The notes under the pieces were generated by a model. It saw only the letters and a program-made list of their open reading frames with translations, was not told the origin of the DNA and did no database searches. The position numbers were made by a program, and so were the translations under genes. DNA of 64,000 nt from Tubulanus polymorphus (lineage: Eukaryota; Animalia; Nemertea): contig NC_134033.1 of assembly GCF_964204645.1 (NCBI RefSeq), positions 5,170,231 through 5,234,230 of the forward strand. Reading direction: 5' to 3'. Numbering within the stretch: position 1 is the first letter of the stretch; each line of letters begins with the position of its first letter. Below are positions 39,001-51,868 of the stretch, in pieces.

Positions 39001-39864
39001 CGAAATCCCAATTCGTTTCGATTCGTTTCGTTGCCATTTCTGCTGAAGCTGATTTGAATTATATGCCATCATATATTTTGATGTATACCTTTTATTTTAA
39101 AGAACATTTTTTTCTTTTTACTAGATGAATTGAGCGTAGCGGAACTAGTTGGTATCAACCAACTGTATGGATGCTCAGAAAACTGTAAGTTGTAACTGTT
39201 TTCCCCTGTAGATGGTGGCTCGAATGTCAGGACGTACATATTCAGTCAAAATGAAATTCTTCCATTCGGATTCTCAGGCAATTACTTCAGTTTGGCATAT
39301 TTGAGTCATATAAGTCACAATGTTTACAGTTCGTTCAATGAATTTGATGAAAAGCGAATTTCGATAAATTTTAATCGAATCCGAAAAGAATTCAGGAAAT
39401 GATATCATATTGCGTACTAGTGACACCTGGTGGTTCCTCACTTGCCACAATTGGAATCCTCTATTGCCAGAGGAACTGATGTTCTACTTCTCATCTGTCA
39501 CTTAGCGAAATCCTACATTGCCAGAGCAGCATTTTATGCACACTAGTACGTCTAGTGGATTCTCACTTAACATAAGTAAAACCCTCGATAGCCACAGTAG
39601 ATAGCCTAATTATGTGTTATAAATGAGCTAATCAGGAATTTTAATATGTCTTATATAGTGGGCTCACTCGGCAACATGTCCCCATGGACGCCTTGGACTC
39701 CGTGCAATTCCGACTGCGTCTCCACACGAAGCAGATTCTGCAAGCGCGACACCAGACTCCGCATCAACCCGATTCATCAATGCAGCCCGGGTACCGACCA
39801 GCGAGGCATCGAAACAGTGTCGAGAAACTGCCCGCGTGACCGTCTTTTCGGTAGATGCGATTAG
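36003..39864 (+). CDS. Secreted astacin-like pseudoprotease + TSP1 domain, copy 2 (243 aa)
   Basis: Exons 36003-36087, 36316-36399, 37060-37174, 37553-37662, 38686-38757, 39125-39184 and 39659-39864. Same lengths and phases as copy 1; motif HAVIHALGFTD. Confidence 0.9.
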
Positions 39865-40354
39865 TCGACACCCAACCCCGTGTTGATTGATATTATGACT
39901 TCGTAAAATGTAGTTTAGTCGAATTTTGGGAATAAAGTTTGAACTTCTAAAACTATAGATTTAAGTTGAACATTTCAATGTATTCTCAGATTTCCATCGT
40001 TATATCTGCGTTAAAACCGGAGCAACAAGATATTCGAGGCCCTCCGCTACAGCTTTCGTACACTCCATAGCCTACGGTAATGTATAGGGTTCTAACCCAC
40101 GACCTGGCCACCGAGAGTTGAGCGCTCAAAATACTCGGCCACACCGCTCTTCACATATAAAAAACAATATTTTTTGATGGTATCAATTAAAGGTTTGCTT
40201 CATCCGAAATATGGTTATCTATTAAGACGCTTCATAATTCGTTGTATATCGAATTGTCAACCCAAATCGTTAAACCCAAATACTAATTTTGGAACCATTG
40301 CGCCCAATGAATTTGAAGCTTCCTTTTCTAAAAATTCACCTATGACTAAGACCA

Positions 40355-41250
40355 TTTCGAGTTTGCTGTAACGAGGATCCATCTGTTTAACACATACTAA
40401 GCCCGACTTTCCTAAACCAGTTAACTTACCAATTCATGAGTGGAGCTTATGATGGATGATTTCAATCAGATATCAATCATTGGAAGATGTGATTATCCAA
40501 GCATACTAAGATCCGCCGGGCCAATATATTCAGTAATAGCGCATTGACAGCAATCAGGTCCCGAAGAAGTGGGGTAGGTCTGCAGTCCACTGTGTATGTG
40601 TGGGTTTGGTCCGCTAATATTAACAGCAATTAGTTCCCGATGAAGGTTTGCAGTCTGCAGTCCACTGTGTATGTGTGGGTTTAGTCCACCCATATTAACA
40701 GCGAACAGGTCCGGAAGAAGAAATCTGAAGAAAACACGAAGACCGCCATCAATTTTCAATGTGACTCGATACATATACATTGTATAGTCAGTTAGATCTA
40801 GTATCAAATAAGAACAAATCTACTCACCACTAACCTCTGTTTGAAGCGTCATCAATTTCGAAAGGTCTTTCGTCCACAGTATTTTAGTTTTAGTCAGCCA
40901 CACGTCGTTGGCATCGATCGGGTCTCGAGTGAGGAACAACTGATCTGGGAAAAAGACAACAATTCCATTAGTTCAACATTTTTTCATTCCGACTGGAAGA
41001 ATAGGTTAAACTGAGTGGGATCCCCGACAGGCTATCAATCCGGTAAATATTCCCCGAGGCCACTTCGTTGACCCCTTATTGAGTTATTTGACATATCTTT
41101 TGCCTCAATCGATTTAGTTTGATAATATATCTTATAGATTGACGAAACACATTTTCGATTCAACTCACCTAATCGCAGACTGCTACTGGACATATACGCG
41201 CGTGTATAGTGAATTTGACCAATGCTAAGAATTAGATCCTCGAAACTGGT
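40355..41250 (-). ncRNA. Copy E of the spliced unit (candidate lncRNA)
   Basis: Same donors (actcac ~41163 and ~40823, acttac ~40425) and acceptors (~40945, ~40725), with an extra internal repeat unit. Confidence 0.4.
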
Positions 41251-42613
41251 GACTAGTTGCTCGGATGTTACATCATTAGGGAGAGATGACCGATAAATGG
41301 TCAAAGTTTATAGGCTGGAAATAAAGACACTGGAAAGTAAAGCGCTCTGAGCAGCTTCCCTTGATTTAGCGAAGACACAACATTATTATCATTGTCGTCA
41401 TTGAATTCCCAAATTTCGAAAAATTAGTCTTCCATGATCGACATTACAAATTTGGTTATTAACGCATTTTTTATTTTTTATTTTCATCTGTTGGTATTGT
41501 TGATTAGTTTATAAAGCCATTCATCATATGGACCATGTCGATGATCTCTAGGATGCGCCGGTCGCTGTGATGTTTATTACGAAAGTAATTGCTAAGAACA
41601 CTCAGCGTTTTGAGGCGTGACGAATCTGCTAATCGTGCAGCATCAACGATTTCATAAATGATATTGCTCTGGTCGGTTTTATCAATTTAAAACACTAACA
41701 GGCTACAAGTCAGTCGAAATAAAACTTGCGATCGGATACCACGCATAGAGATTGTCATAATGTTGGTTTTGTGCGTGATTTTGATTTTAAACTCCAGTTT
41801 TCTCAGTGGAGCCGAACAAGCGATCGGTAAGAGACTTACTAATTGATTATTTGCGGTCAATTTTGCAGTTAGTATAAATCTAATACAGGATCCAGTTCGA
41901 CACTCATGAGTTATAGAGTTAACTCTGAGTTAGAATTAGTTCATTTACGATGAGTAAACTCTGAGTCAAATCATAACTCGCAACTTTGGAACTGGTTCCA
42001 GTATAGTCTACAGATCTATTTATCCATCGCAGTTATACAGACCTGGTCTGATAGGAACTATCATTTGACAACTAATATCAACAACTTATTTACTATCTCC
42101 TATTCCGCCGTCTTTAGACTACCATCTGAAATACACAAGATGTCAGTCGAGTTAAGATGTCGGAACAAGAGCCTGAACATGACATAGATCTTATTGTGAA
42201 ATTCAAACGTTCAATGGCCCTTCGAAGGAACTTCCTACGTTTTAAGTATTTCAATAGAAATGCATCTTTATATTCATAACATGTAATATATTGATTTAGC
42301 GCGCCGCTTGATAAGAAAGTTATGAATTTACCTTTAAGTTAGATGACAATATTGATCACGTGTGTCGTCTGATTTCACAACGATGTTACGATTTAGCTAT
42401 TTTGGCTAAATAGTAATGCTGTTTGTAAAATATTTTTCATATTACTTTAGGGCAGAACATCTGCCGTGTTTATAACATTTAGTGTAGATCGACATTCAAG
42501 ACCCTTCAAACTGGCATCTTTAGGCTTCATTGTTCCAATTCATAGTATCCATTAGGCGTATCATTATATAAACATTGGTTGAAACCATGGTCTTGAGTGG
42601 CGATCTCTCTACT

Positions 42614-43068
42614 TGTAGAGATTATAGAGTATTTTAGTTATACTATTGTATATAGAATGTTTGGGAGTTTATTTAGTAATTAACTAATGGAAAGGGATTG
42701 AGACTTGGGGTGATATTCTGGGGATAAAAAGGGTTAGTTCAGTAGATTCGGGGAGAACGAGACCAAGTAAGAGAGGAGAACGAGACCAAGTAAGAGAGGA
42801 GAACGAGACCAAGTAAGAGAGGAGAACGGGAACTAGTAGAGAGGAGAACCGAGAGATCAGATCGGGATCGTACGGGAGATTAGCCGAGGGATTGGATCTG
42901 GATCAGACGGGTCGACTATTATAGGATTGTAGCCACACCATAGAAGAAATTATATATCGGATAATGGAATAAACATATATCATATTATACCAGATAAAGG
43001 CAAACTACTGAGTTAAGTTAAGTATACTTTTTATACCCGGATTCTAGGAGCTAGGGCAATCGTCTACA
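42614..43068 (+). mobile_element. LTR (455 bp) with adjacent 5' internal remnant
   Basis: TGTAGA...TCTACA inverted termini, internal AATAAA (~42968) and four 23-bp units ggagaacgagaccaagtaagaga (42752-42845). Followed by a PBS-like aataggttatcggtagc. Confidence 0.7.
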
Positions 43069-43869
43069 AATAGGTTATCGGTAGCAAGAGATACCGATAG
43101 GTAAGAAATATATACTAAACCGTTTCACTTAGAGTTATCGAAAGCGACGACCACTAAGAGCGAACAACACTTAAAATCGTTTCAACGATTTATTTTACTG
43201 CCTGTTCGAAATCGAAAAATGTTTTCCAATGATTTCTTTCTAGACACTTGTGGACCCCGGCAAAGGCTGCGATGGAACATTTTCGTAGGGATGGGATTGT
43301 GATCAGATATAAATGGCGTCACGGCTGCTACTCTAAGACAGTGTATGAATACATGCGGGAAGCATACAGAGTTTCTCTGTAGATCGTCTCACTATCACCG
43401 ACCATCAAAATTCTGTTATATTCTACCCGAAAATAGATTCACTCGGCCTGATTTGTTCAAAGTATGGACAGAGTATGACTATGTGGAATGGTACTGCGAA
43501 CGTGTAGATGAGTTAGGTATGTAAACCCCGCCTGTTTTACCCGAATATTCGGTCTAATCGCAGGCTCCGTAGCGAGCGCCGGGTTAAATTCGGAAAAGCG
43601 CCTATATGGTACAGCTTAGAGTCGACTTAAGCAATTTTCGTTAAGTTTGATTCTAGAATGTACCGTATTTTCAGAAAGATTTCGGTAAGCTTTCGATTAG
43701 GTAAAATCTTCGAAGTGCTGGAAAGTGTTCATACTTTATTCTATATATCCCTAAGACTCAAAATATATAAGAAAAAGTCGAATTTAACATTTCCATTGTT
43801 TGTTTTTTTATGTATTTGCCGGTGGAGAGCTACTTTATTTTTGCAAAAAAAATCTACCATTAGTTTCAA

Positions 43870-43955
43870 TGTTGGCGAATATTTTGTAGATTTTGTTATG
43901 GATACCGCGTCAAAGAATCTACCTTCGCCTGACATAAACACACTCGAACCGGTCA
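43870..43955 (+). pseudogene. Truncated third PAN-gene fragment
   Basis: VGEYFVDFVMDTASKNLPSPDINTLEPV, then an abrupt break. Confidence 0.55.
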
Positions 43956-44464
43956 GATTTAGATTTAGATTGAATATCATATAGTTCTGCAGCCCCTTGC
44001 TCGACGAAATCAATTTATACACCATTTTAAAGGAAATGAGATGTAGATATTTGCTGGCGATTCTTGGAATTTTTAACGCAACAATTGAGAACAGTGACGA
44101 TGTGAAACCAAGGACCGCATATCTTAACCGTGCGTAAAAGAAATCGCAATATGTTACTTTTGGAAACACCGAAGACGTTCAATTGATATGATACCACGGT
44201 TTACGAAACAGGATCATCATGTCCACTGCTAACAAAAAAAGTGCGAAACTCTGGTGTGAAAAAAAGAAACCGCGAGTCCGCCACCTTTAAATCGTATTAC
44301 ATCACATACGAAGGTTGTTTGACAAATCAATTTGAATTTAAAGCCACATTTAATTTTAAAAAAACTAAATCATATCGCTAATTAAGTCAAGATCAATACG
44401 ATCAAAATTAACCGAATTCGATTTGACAGAATAAATTCGCCTTTAAGTCAGTCAGATCCGTCGA

Positions 44465-45484
44465 CTACTGCGGCGTTTTCGAACAAGTCACCACCTGCCC
44501 GGTCACCACGCGGAATTTACGACTGGTCATCGAATACACGATGAAGTTCACGGACGAATCCAACTGTATGAGCACCTGTATCATCGGATGCGTGCGCAAT
44601 TTCTTACCGCCGTAGAAAACCGCCTCGACGATGCGCTCCACGCTGTTCGGGCTTTCGCAAACCAAAAACGTCACGACGATACCGAACGCCAGCAAGGTCG
44701 ATTGCAGTTCTTGATCGGCGCCGCCGGTCTTTTTAGCGCCGTCCGCGACCGAGGTCATCGTCCGTCTTTTAGCCCGCGCCGCGAACAGACGAACGGATAG
44801 GATCGTGTTAGTGGCGCCGAGGAGGCAGAACGGTATCACGATGCCGAACGCGCTTAAAGTGACCACGTCGACCACGCGCGGTATATCGCTACGGAACCGC
44901 AACATCGGCAACGGAATCCCGTCGCCGATCGAGCAGTCGGGCTTCTCCATCGTCAACGGTCGGCAACAGTATCTGAACGCGTGCATCGCGACGCTCAACG
45001 CGGCGATCGCTACCACCGCCGTGTTGACGCGATTCCGACTGCACAGAACGATCGACTTCAACGGCGAGACGACGTGCATTGCTCGATCGACGCTGATCAA
45101 CACTATCAGCCAGTTGCGGAACATGCGCTGGATTAGAAACGGTGGTGCCAGGTAGACGATGAACCTCGGCCCGACGAACGCGTCCGGCAGGTAGAAGAAC
45201 TCGGACGCACGCTTGAAATACGCGTAGAATCGCCGCGCGTTCACCAGCGACACGGACACCGCCAGGAAACAGTTGTCGACGACGGCCAGCAGTCGCAGCA
45301 GGTGCAGAGCGTTCGAACGCGACCGGTGACGCCTGAGCACGACGAAACTGAGAGCGTTCATCGCGAAGCCGACCGCGCAGACGGGCGTCGACACGTAGGT
45401 GACAACGACCAGCCAGACGGCGCTCTTCGACGAATATCGACAGCGAGTGGCGGCGATGTCGGTAGCGTTCATGATCCCTTTCAT
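44465..45484 (-). CDS. Intronless class-A GPCR, FMRFamide/sex-peptide-receptor-like (339 aa)
   Basis: Seven hydrophobic segments; LLAVVD (TM2), ISVDRA...P (DRY variant), FLVCESP (TM6) and SSVNFIVY...KFR (TM7/H8). Confidence 0.88.
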   Translation of the reverse strand: MKGIMNATDIAATRCRYSSKSAVWLVVVTYVSTPVCAVGFAMNALSFVVLRRHRSRSNALHLLRLLAVVDNCFLAVSVSLVNARRFYAYFKRASEFFYLPDAFVGPRFIVYLAPPFLIQRMFRNWLIVLISVDRAMHVVSPLKSIVLCSRNRVNTAVVAIAALSVAMHAFRYCCRPLTMEKPDCSIGDGIPLPMLRFRSDIPRVVDVVTLSAFGIVIPFCLLGATNTILSVRLFAARAKRRTMTSVADGAKKTGGADQELQSTLLAFGIVVTFLVCESPNSVERIVEAVFYGGKKLRTHPMIQVLIQLDSSVNFIVYSMTSRKFRVVTGQVVTCSKTPQ

Positions 45485-46899
45485 CTAAACGTCCTCGATC
45501 AATAGAGTGCGATTATTGAATGAACGAATCCGTATTGAATTTCTAGTGCAGAATAATGATAATGATGATAATTTAGACGCGTATTTTTGAAGGCGATTAC
45601 AACAACATCGACCAAAAAGCGTATCATCTCAATCCCTCAACCTGCGCCGATCAACAACGATTATCAAATAGATCCGTTTTGAATTTTTTGACTTACAATA
45701 ATGATATCCCGATGGTGATTGACGCCATAAGAACCGTTACAAAAATGTTTCAGTTCAATGCTTACTGCTATATTAGCTAACTGCTATTCAGAGGAGGTTG
45801 GAGGTTTTTGGAGGAGACATCAGTTTTATTGTGCGGAGTGTTTCGTGTTGATGTGACGATTTCATGGTTCCAACCAAACCTGGGAAGGTTTTTAGCATAG
45901 TATAAAATGTAAATAATTACAAGGAGGCACTAGATTTCGTAAAAGAAAATCATAACTAGAACTACACATCATCATCGGCCATTTTAGAAGTTGTCTCCCT
46001 CTGCGAGGAAATTAGTGAACTAGCCTAAAGCCTACCAGTGAGGAAGTTCAATGACCTATTCTTTTTATTACTGTAACGCTGATACATGTCTTTCCATCCA
46101 CCAACCCATCGAAGACGAGTATCTTGCTAGTATTCCCATATTTATGTTTTAGCTCTTACATTGCTGAAGATGACTACATGTATTAGGATTTTGGTCGGAA
46201 ACGTCGATATAAGCTACCATAGTCCAATGAAACATTTCGAACTGTTTTTTTTCTTTCTATTATTCATTGTGAGTTTCGGTCGGTTGTGAGTTGTGAGTCA
46301 TAGACTAAGAGCCTTTGCGAACTCTGCCACAGTACTCTGGAATACTTTACCTAGTCCGATTAAATCCATCGATGTTCTTAAACCTAAGCCCAAAACCCAT
46401 TAGTTCATCAAAGCTTTTAACTAGACTCGTTTTAGTTTTCCTGGTTTCTATGTTCTCTGTTTATATATGATGTAAAGCCAATGAGCATATCTTATATGGA
46501 TTTAAGGGTGAAAAAATTATTATTATCATTATTATTATAATCGTGAGTTTGAGACGATTGTTGGTGGTTTCATAGTAAAATCCAGACATAATCGATAAGT
46601 GAGAAACTCTATTTCGCTAAATGATGAAAAGCGTCATCTTTAAATTACAGAAGATTGCGCCGTAATTGATGAAATGATGGCGTCTAAGTAAGACGTCGAT
46701 ATCGTGAGGGTAAAACGTGAATTTCCTTTCGTAAAACAAACGGTCTGATTTTGGAATCTCTTCAAGCTGCATTCTTATTCGAGAAAAAAAAAGCAGAAAG
46801 TTAAGAAAGTCAATTCAATGCGATGTTTCAGATGATATAGAAATACGTAAATGTCCTCGAAAAATATCAAAAAACCATTCTACAACTATAATTTTTCCC

Positions 46900-47025
46900 A
46901 ATGGGGTAGAGACCAGAGAACCTTCGACCGAGGAACTCAATCGCTACCAGGGTTTGATCCCAAAAACCCTTGATCGACGAGACCAGTGACCGTTGGCTTA
47001 ACCCAGTCGGCCACTGCGCCTCTCC
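46900..47025 (-). mobile_element. tRNA-derived SINE fragment
   Basis: Minus strand has A-box TGGCCGACTGG and B-box-like GGATCAAACCC. Confidence 0.5.
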
Positions 47026-47699
47026 AAGGCTGTTCAAAATGGCCAGCGTCATACTTGTGAAGTACAAGACGTTTTCGTTTAGAAATCATTAACCGCAAAT
47101 ACAGATGGACCTTACTCACTCTTTGACATGTAAACAAAACAATCATTATCTTATTCGATTAAAAGCTTCCACACGTACGAAGCCCGGATGTAATGTCCAC
47201 GAATTGCCCTTCTAAACCCCTCCCGTCCTCAGATTAGATTTCTGCCGGAATATTCCGCCTACTTCGACCTCCTCAGAATATATGGATACCGGATTTTTAC
47301 GGAAATTTCCGGAAGGAAATCTGCTCCCGAATTAAGCCTTTGAAGGTCAATTTCATTGAGACTTTCTTGGAACTGGAGTTTTGTACATTCTAAGCTTTCG
47401 AAAAATAGCTAGGAAATATTTTTCCCGACAGTTTACTGCATTCTGCTACTAGATGAACCCGTCTGATGAAGTTCTGACCACCTGATCGTAGTCGCCAATA
47501 TTTACTGAATCGACAATAAATCAATTATGAAAGATGTCAAACAAGTTTCCGCCGAAGCTGGTGTTCCGCCTCGTATTGACCACCATCCAGACATCATGCG
47601 CGACACGCATACATATTTCTTTTCGACGTTTTAAAATCCTGTTTATCCCTATACGGAAAATCGATTCGATTGACAAAGAATGCCGTGAGGCAGCCGCTA

Positions 47700-48690
47700 C
47701 TTAGCGGAAGTAAATTACCGGATAACGATATACGCAAATGACCGGAAGTTGATGACTGGCATGGATGGATTTTTGTATATAACCGCAGCCAAATCTAACC
47801 ACGATTATCTCATGCTCTGGACTCGAAGGACTTAAAAAGGTAAGAATGCATGGAAATGTACAACACAAATTGGTAAATACTGCCATACTCGGAAAAGTTG
47901 ATCAAAGTATTTGGCACGCATTTCGGAAAAATCAAATTCAAATTTGAGAAAATAGGCTCTATTCGTTGCCTAGCAGATTAATGGGTTTTACATATGCTAG
48001 AGCTAGTTGGCAAATACAAAAGAAGAAAAACATACGTTTGCTATAAACGGTTGTGATACTTGTAAAATAAGAATACTCCCGAGTTGGCCCGATGATAAGA
48101 AGGGGGATCAGTTTCAGATATCTATATACCATGAACTCTACTCGTTTACCTAATGAAGCTATACAATGCATTAGCAGCGAGCTTTCTATAAGTTATAGTG
48201 ACTAGGCCTACATGTTTTCAGTTTAATTTGAAACCAGCCACGAACAATAAAACAGCTCTTCTCATTAATGGTATTCTTTTGATTCAGATATGAAATCTCC
48301 AATGATGAAGTTTAGTATCTAAACGTTGCTGGTAGCAGCGGCGACTATCGACTTGTTTGAATTGGTTGCTTCTGCGCACTTAACAAGAGGTACCGTCCGG
48401 CCCGCTAAAAAATGTATTCGTTCATAAAATCCCCAAATGACATCATCGGGCTAAGTAGCATTTCGATATTTGATTTAGAAATGTTATAAATAGTGATGTC
48501 ATAAGGGGACTTATGGAAACTAGTGGTTGGCTATTTTCCATTTTGGATTTTGAAAAACTGTTTTTGTACCTAACGATTATTTGTCTACTTTTTGTAATCG
48601 GCCCAACGCTCATTCCGCGTTTCCCAGTCACAACTATCGAACAAGGGCTCCGTCCCGTTTGAATTTGACAGTTCTCTCGACAAACGTAAG
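47700..48690 (+). pseudogene. 5' remnant of a pseudo-astacin paralogue (promoter, UTR exon, coding exons 1-2)
   Basis: ATGAAGTTTAGTATCTAA gives a stop at codon 6 (48320-48322). The exon-2 acceptor is mutated cag>cgg (~48600). Similarity ends at ~48700. Confidence 0.85.
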
Positions 48691-49519
48691 TTCACGCTTT
48701 AACCGAGTTGGACATGTTTTCAAAAAGTTGTCCTCATTGTTGACGAGGACTTATGGATGGTAACGCGGATATCTAAAATCCAAGATATTGCAATGGATGT
48801 GCATATTACAATGGAAAGTGTAATTAAACGCAACGTTCAGTACGCCTGATAATAGTATTTAGCCGAAACGTCGAGAAACATATCGATTGAACTTTTTAAG
48901 TAGACATTTTGAAATTAACGAGATAATGTTTTTCACTATTTGAAGATAAAGTGCTGTCAACATTTTTGAGTCATGAAATTATACCAAAAAAGTTAATAAT
49001 TCAGCTGTTATACACATTTCAGTTTTTTTTTCTTCTTCGAAATCTACATCTTCTAATTCGTCAGATATGATTAAGAAAACTGTAGTATAACTTCAATATT
49101 GCATTATCCATAATAGGAGACTCGTGCGCAGTAGGTGGTGATGGGGTTTGGGAGGCTCTTACTACGTTCGTATGTGCAATTTTAACAATTCAGTATGATC
49201 ATTATAATTGCAAAAATAACGTTCGTGTAATCCTCTATGATGATTGTGTATCATTGTTTTGCGAAATAGAGCTTTGTTTCAATCTATCCCTCAGTCAACC
49301 TGCATCAAAATAAGTTCATGCATACATTATTCAAATATGTTCGACGAATCAACGTTAGATTAAATTGATTGAACAGAACGTCTAAAAATTAAAAATTAAA
49401 CGAGTTTTGTATCTATGTACCGTGATACGGTAAATCCTAGCTTCAAACCGATGGCAGCTTTAAACCTGCTTATACATATGCAAGTATGGTGGCTGATAAG
49501 GGCGATGGAAATATTTCTA

Positions 49520-49810
49520 GTCCAAAAATAATTTTGTCATGAAAAATAAATTTTCGTCGAAATGTATTTGCAAGTGAAAATAAATTTGTCATGAAAAATT
49601 GATTTTCGTAAAAAAATATTCGTAAGTGAAAATAGTTTTGTCATGAAAAATAAATTTTCATCGAAACATATTTGCGAGTGAAAATCATTTTGTCATAAAA
49701 ATAAATTTCATCTAAATTATTCATCAGTGAAAATATTTTCCTATGAAAAATAATCGCGTTCAGAATGTATTAGTACCTGAAAATAATTTTGCTCTAAATA
49801 AAAATCGCAT
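49520..49810. repeat. 52-bp (2x26) AT-rich minisatellite
   Basis: gtcatgaaaaat recurs at 49536, 49588, 49640 and ~49692. Confidence 0.85.
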
Positions 49811-51610
49811 GTGAAATATTGTTACGCGACTACCAGAATGACAACGCCTCACATTCCCCATCTACCTGCAGGATGTACTGGGCGACGTCAGTAACTGACA
49901 AACCTGTAAGATTGCTCGAAACACAAATAGCGCAGTACAACCAGCTTGCCCGAATTGAGATTCAGGATCTCAACTAGCACTCAAAGGCGTGACAAGAGAC
50001 TTCATCCCTGCCCGAGGTAGTCACAACGACTCAATGAAACTAGCACTCACACTAAGAAAAATTCTGCAATAAAATAAAATTTCCTTATAAAAATAATTCA
50101 ATCATCGAAAAAATAGATCTCTACAGGGAAATATATTCCGATGACTAAAATACTTTTGCTTTAAAAAAATTTCACAGTTTATAGGCTGGGGGTTAATACT
50201 ACTGGAAGGTAAAGCGCTCTGAGCAGCTTCGCTGGATTTAGCGCTAAATAAAACACATTACTATCATTATCATCATTGAATTCCCAAATTTCGAAAAAGA
50301 ATTTTGACGAGCATTCTTTATTTAACTGGGGTTAACCAAGGCTCAATAATCGGTCCTTATTTATTTCTATTCTAACTGCATTTCAAGGGACGGTTTTTGT
50401 TAAATGGTGGATCAAGTGCCAGGCCTTACAAATGTCATGCGCACTGGACCGACACGCAATACATGTTCCTTACTTTTTTGTTATATGTAAAACATAAATC
50501 AAATTTTCCAATGTGTTAAAACTTATATTTTTGCTGATGACACGAATGCTTTTTATGGTGATGACAATTTAGTCCGATTAATGCGTACCGTACTGTATAT
50601 TATCATCCTAAACTATTATGTAAAGAACTATCTAAACTGTCAGCGTCTCTCAAATGAACAAACCGTCAATAAATGTTTTTATGTAGACGTCATTTATGAT
50701 CTTAAGTAAATTTGTGAAACATAACTTGAGGCTATCTATTCCCCAAAGAGATTGAACCAGGTCAATGTTACACATTTTCTTGCGGAATTAATTTCAGCGG
50801 AATCTAAAGCCCGGCGCACACCTTTGCGATTGCTCGTATGATCGCTTCATCGCATGGTTTCATCGCATCGTCGTAAAAGGTATGCGGTGGCATCCGGAGC
50901 CGATTTCATCGCTTCATCGCAACAAATCAAACTTGTTTGATATTTTCGCATGCGATTTTTCCGTGCGATTAAAATCGATGAAAAGTGTGAGGGCTACGCT
51001 GTCGATGTTCCTAACGAAAATTTTTAGTAGCCAATCAGAATTAAGGATGAAGCAATCACGTGATGTTCAAAATGGCGGCTCAGTCACGTGATTGAATCCA
51101 ACTCGAGGTCCTCATAAAAAAATCGCAAAGGTATGCGGGGATGATGCGATTTTCATCGTCTCATCGCATGCGATGATACGATGAAACGATTAGTGAATGG
51201 TAGCTCGAACGCCAGGACGTACAAATTCGGTCGAAATGAAATTCTTCCATTTAGATTTCTCATATTTCGGGCAAATACTTTTTCTACATAATCTCAGATT
51301 TACATTGATGAAGTCGTATACCTCACTATGTTTACAGTTCGTTTATTGAATTTGGTGAAAAGTGAATTATGGATGAATTTTAATCGAATCTGCAAATAAT
51401 TTAGGATATGATATTACACTACGCGCTAGTGACACCTGGTGGATCCTCACTTGCCACAATTGGAACCCTCGATCGCCAGAGTATCTGATGTCAATACTTA
51501 ACATCTGTCACTTATCCTGCATTGGCAGAGAAGTTGCAGCGCGCACTTGTGAATTCTCACTATTCATAAGTAGAACCCTCGATTGCCACAGTAGATTGCC
51601 TCATTATACA

Positions 51611-51827
51611 TGTCGGGAATTGTTATATGTCAGTTACCAGTAACGCACTCCCCTCAGTTCATGTAACCCCGCCTATGTAAGCCCCGCATGAACTTATGCT
51701 GTAGCGAGTAGATAAATAAATCAGAGTTTACTTAGACACCAAACATATTGGTCGTTGTTCATCTCTCCGGCGGTCTTGCTTATTTTACTCAAACCTGGAC
51801 CATTTAATGTGGCAATCATAGCCCACA
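51611..51827 (+). mobile_element. Solo LTR (217 bp)
   Basis: TG...CA termini, 5-bp TSD ATACA (51606-51610 / 51828-51832), AATAAA at ~51715. Absent from the paralogous site at ~30740. Confidence 0.88.
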
Positions 51828-51868
51828 ATACATAAGCTAAATCAGGAATTCTATTATGTCTTATATAA

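Larger units (their letters stand above)
25900..43955. repeat. Tandem segmental duplication, unit ~9.2 kb
   Basis: ATG-to-ATG spacing is 9231 bp. Promoter, introns, 3' SINE, antisense unit, CAG-MITE and PAN remnant recur in the same order. Confidence 0.9.

Noticed and set aside
40493-40807. Cys-containing ORF (TSSGPDCCQCA) as the product of the antisense unit
   Set aside because: The frame is not kept across copies, the repeat period is not a multiple of 3, and the ORF starts within the predicted intron.
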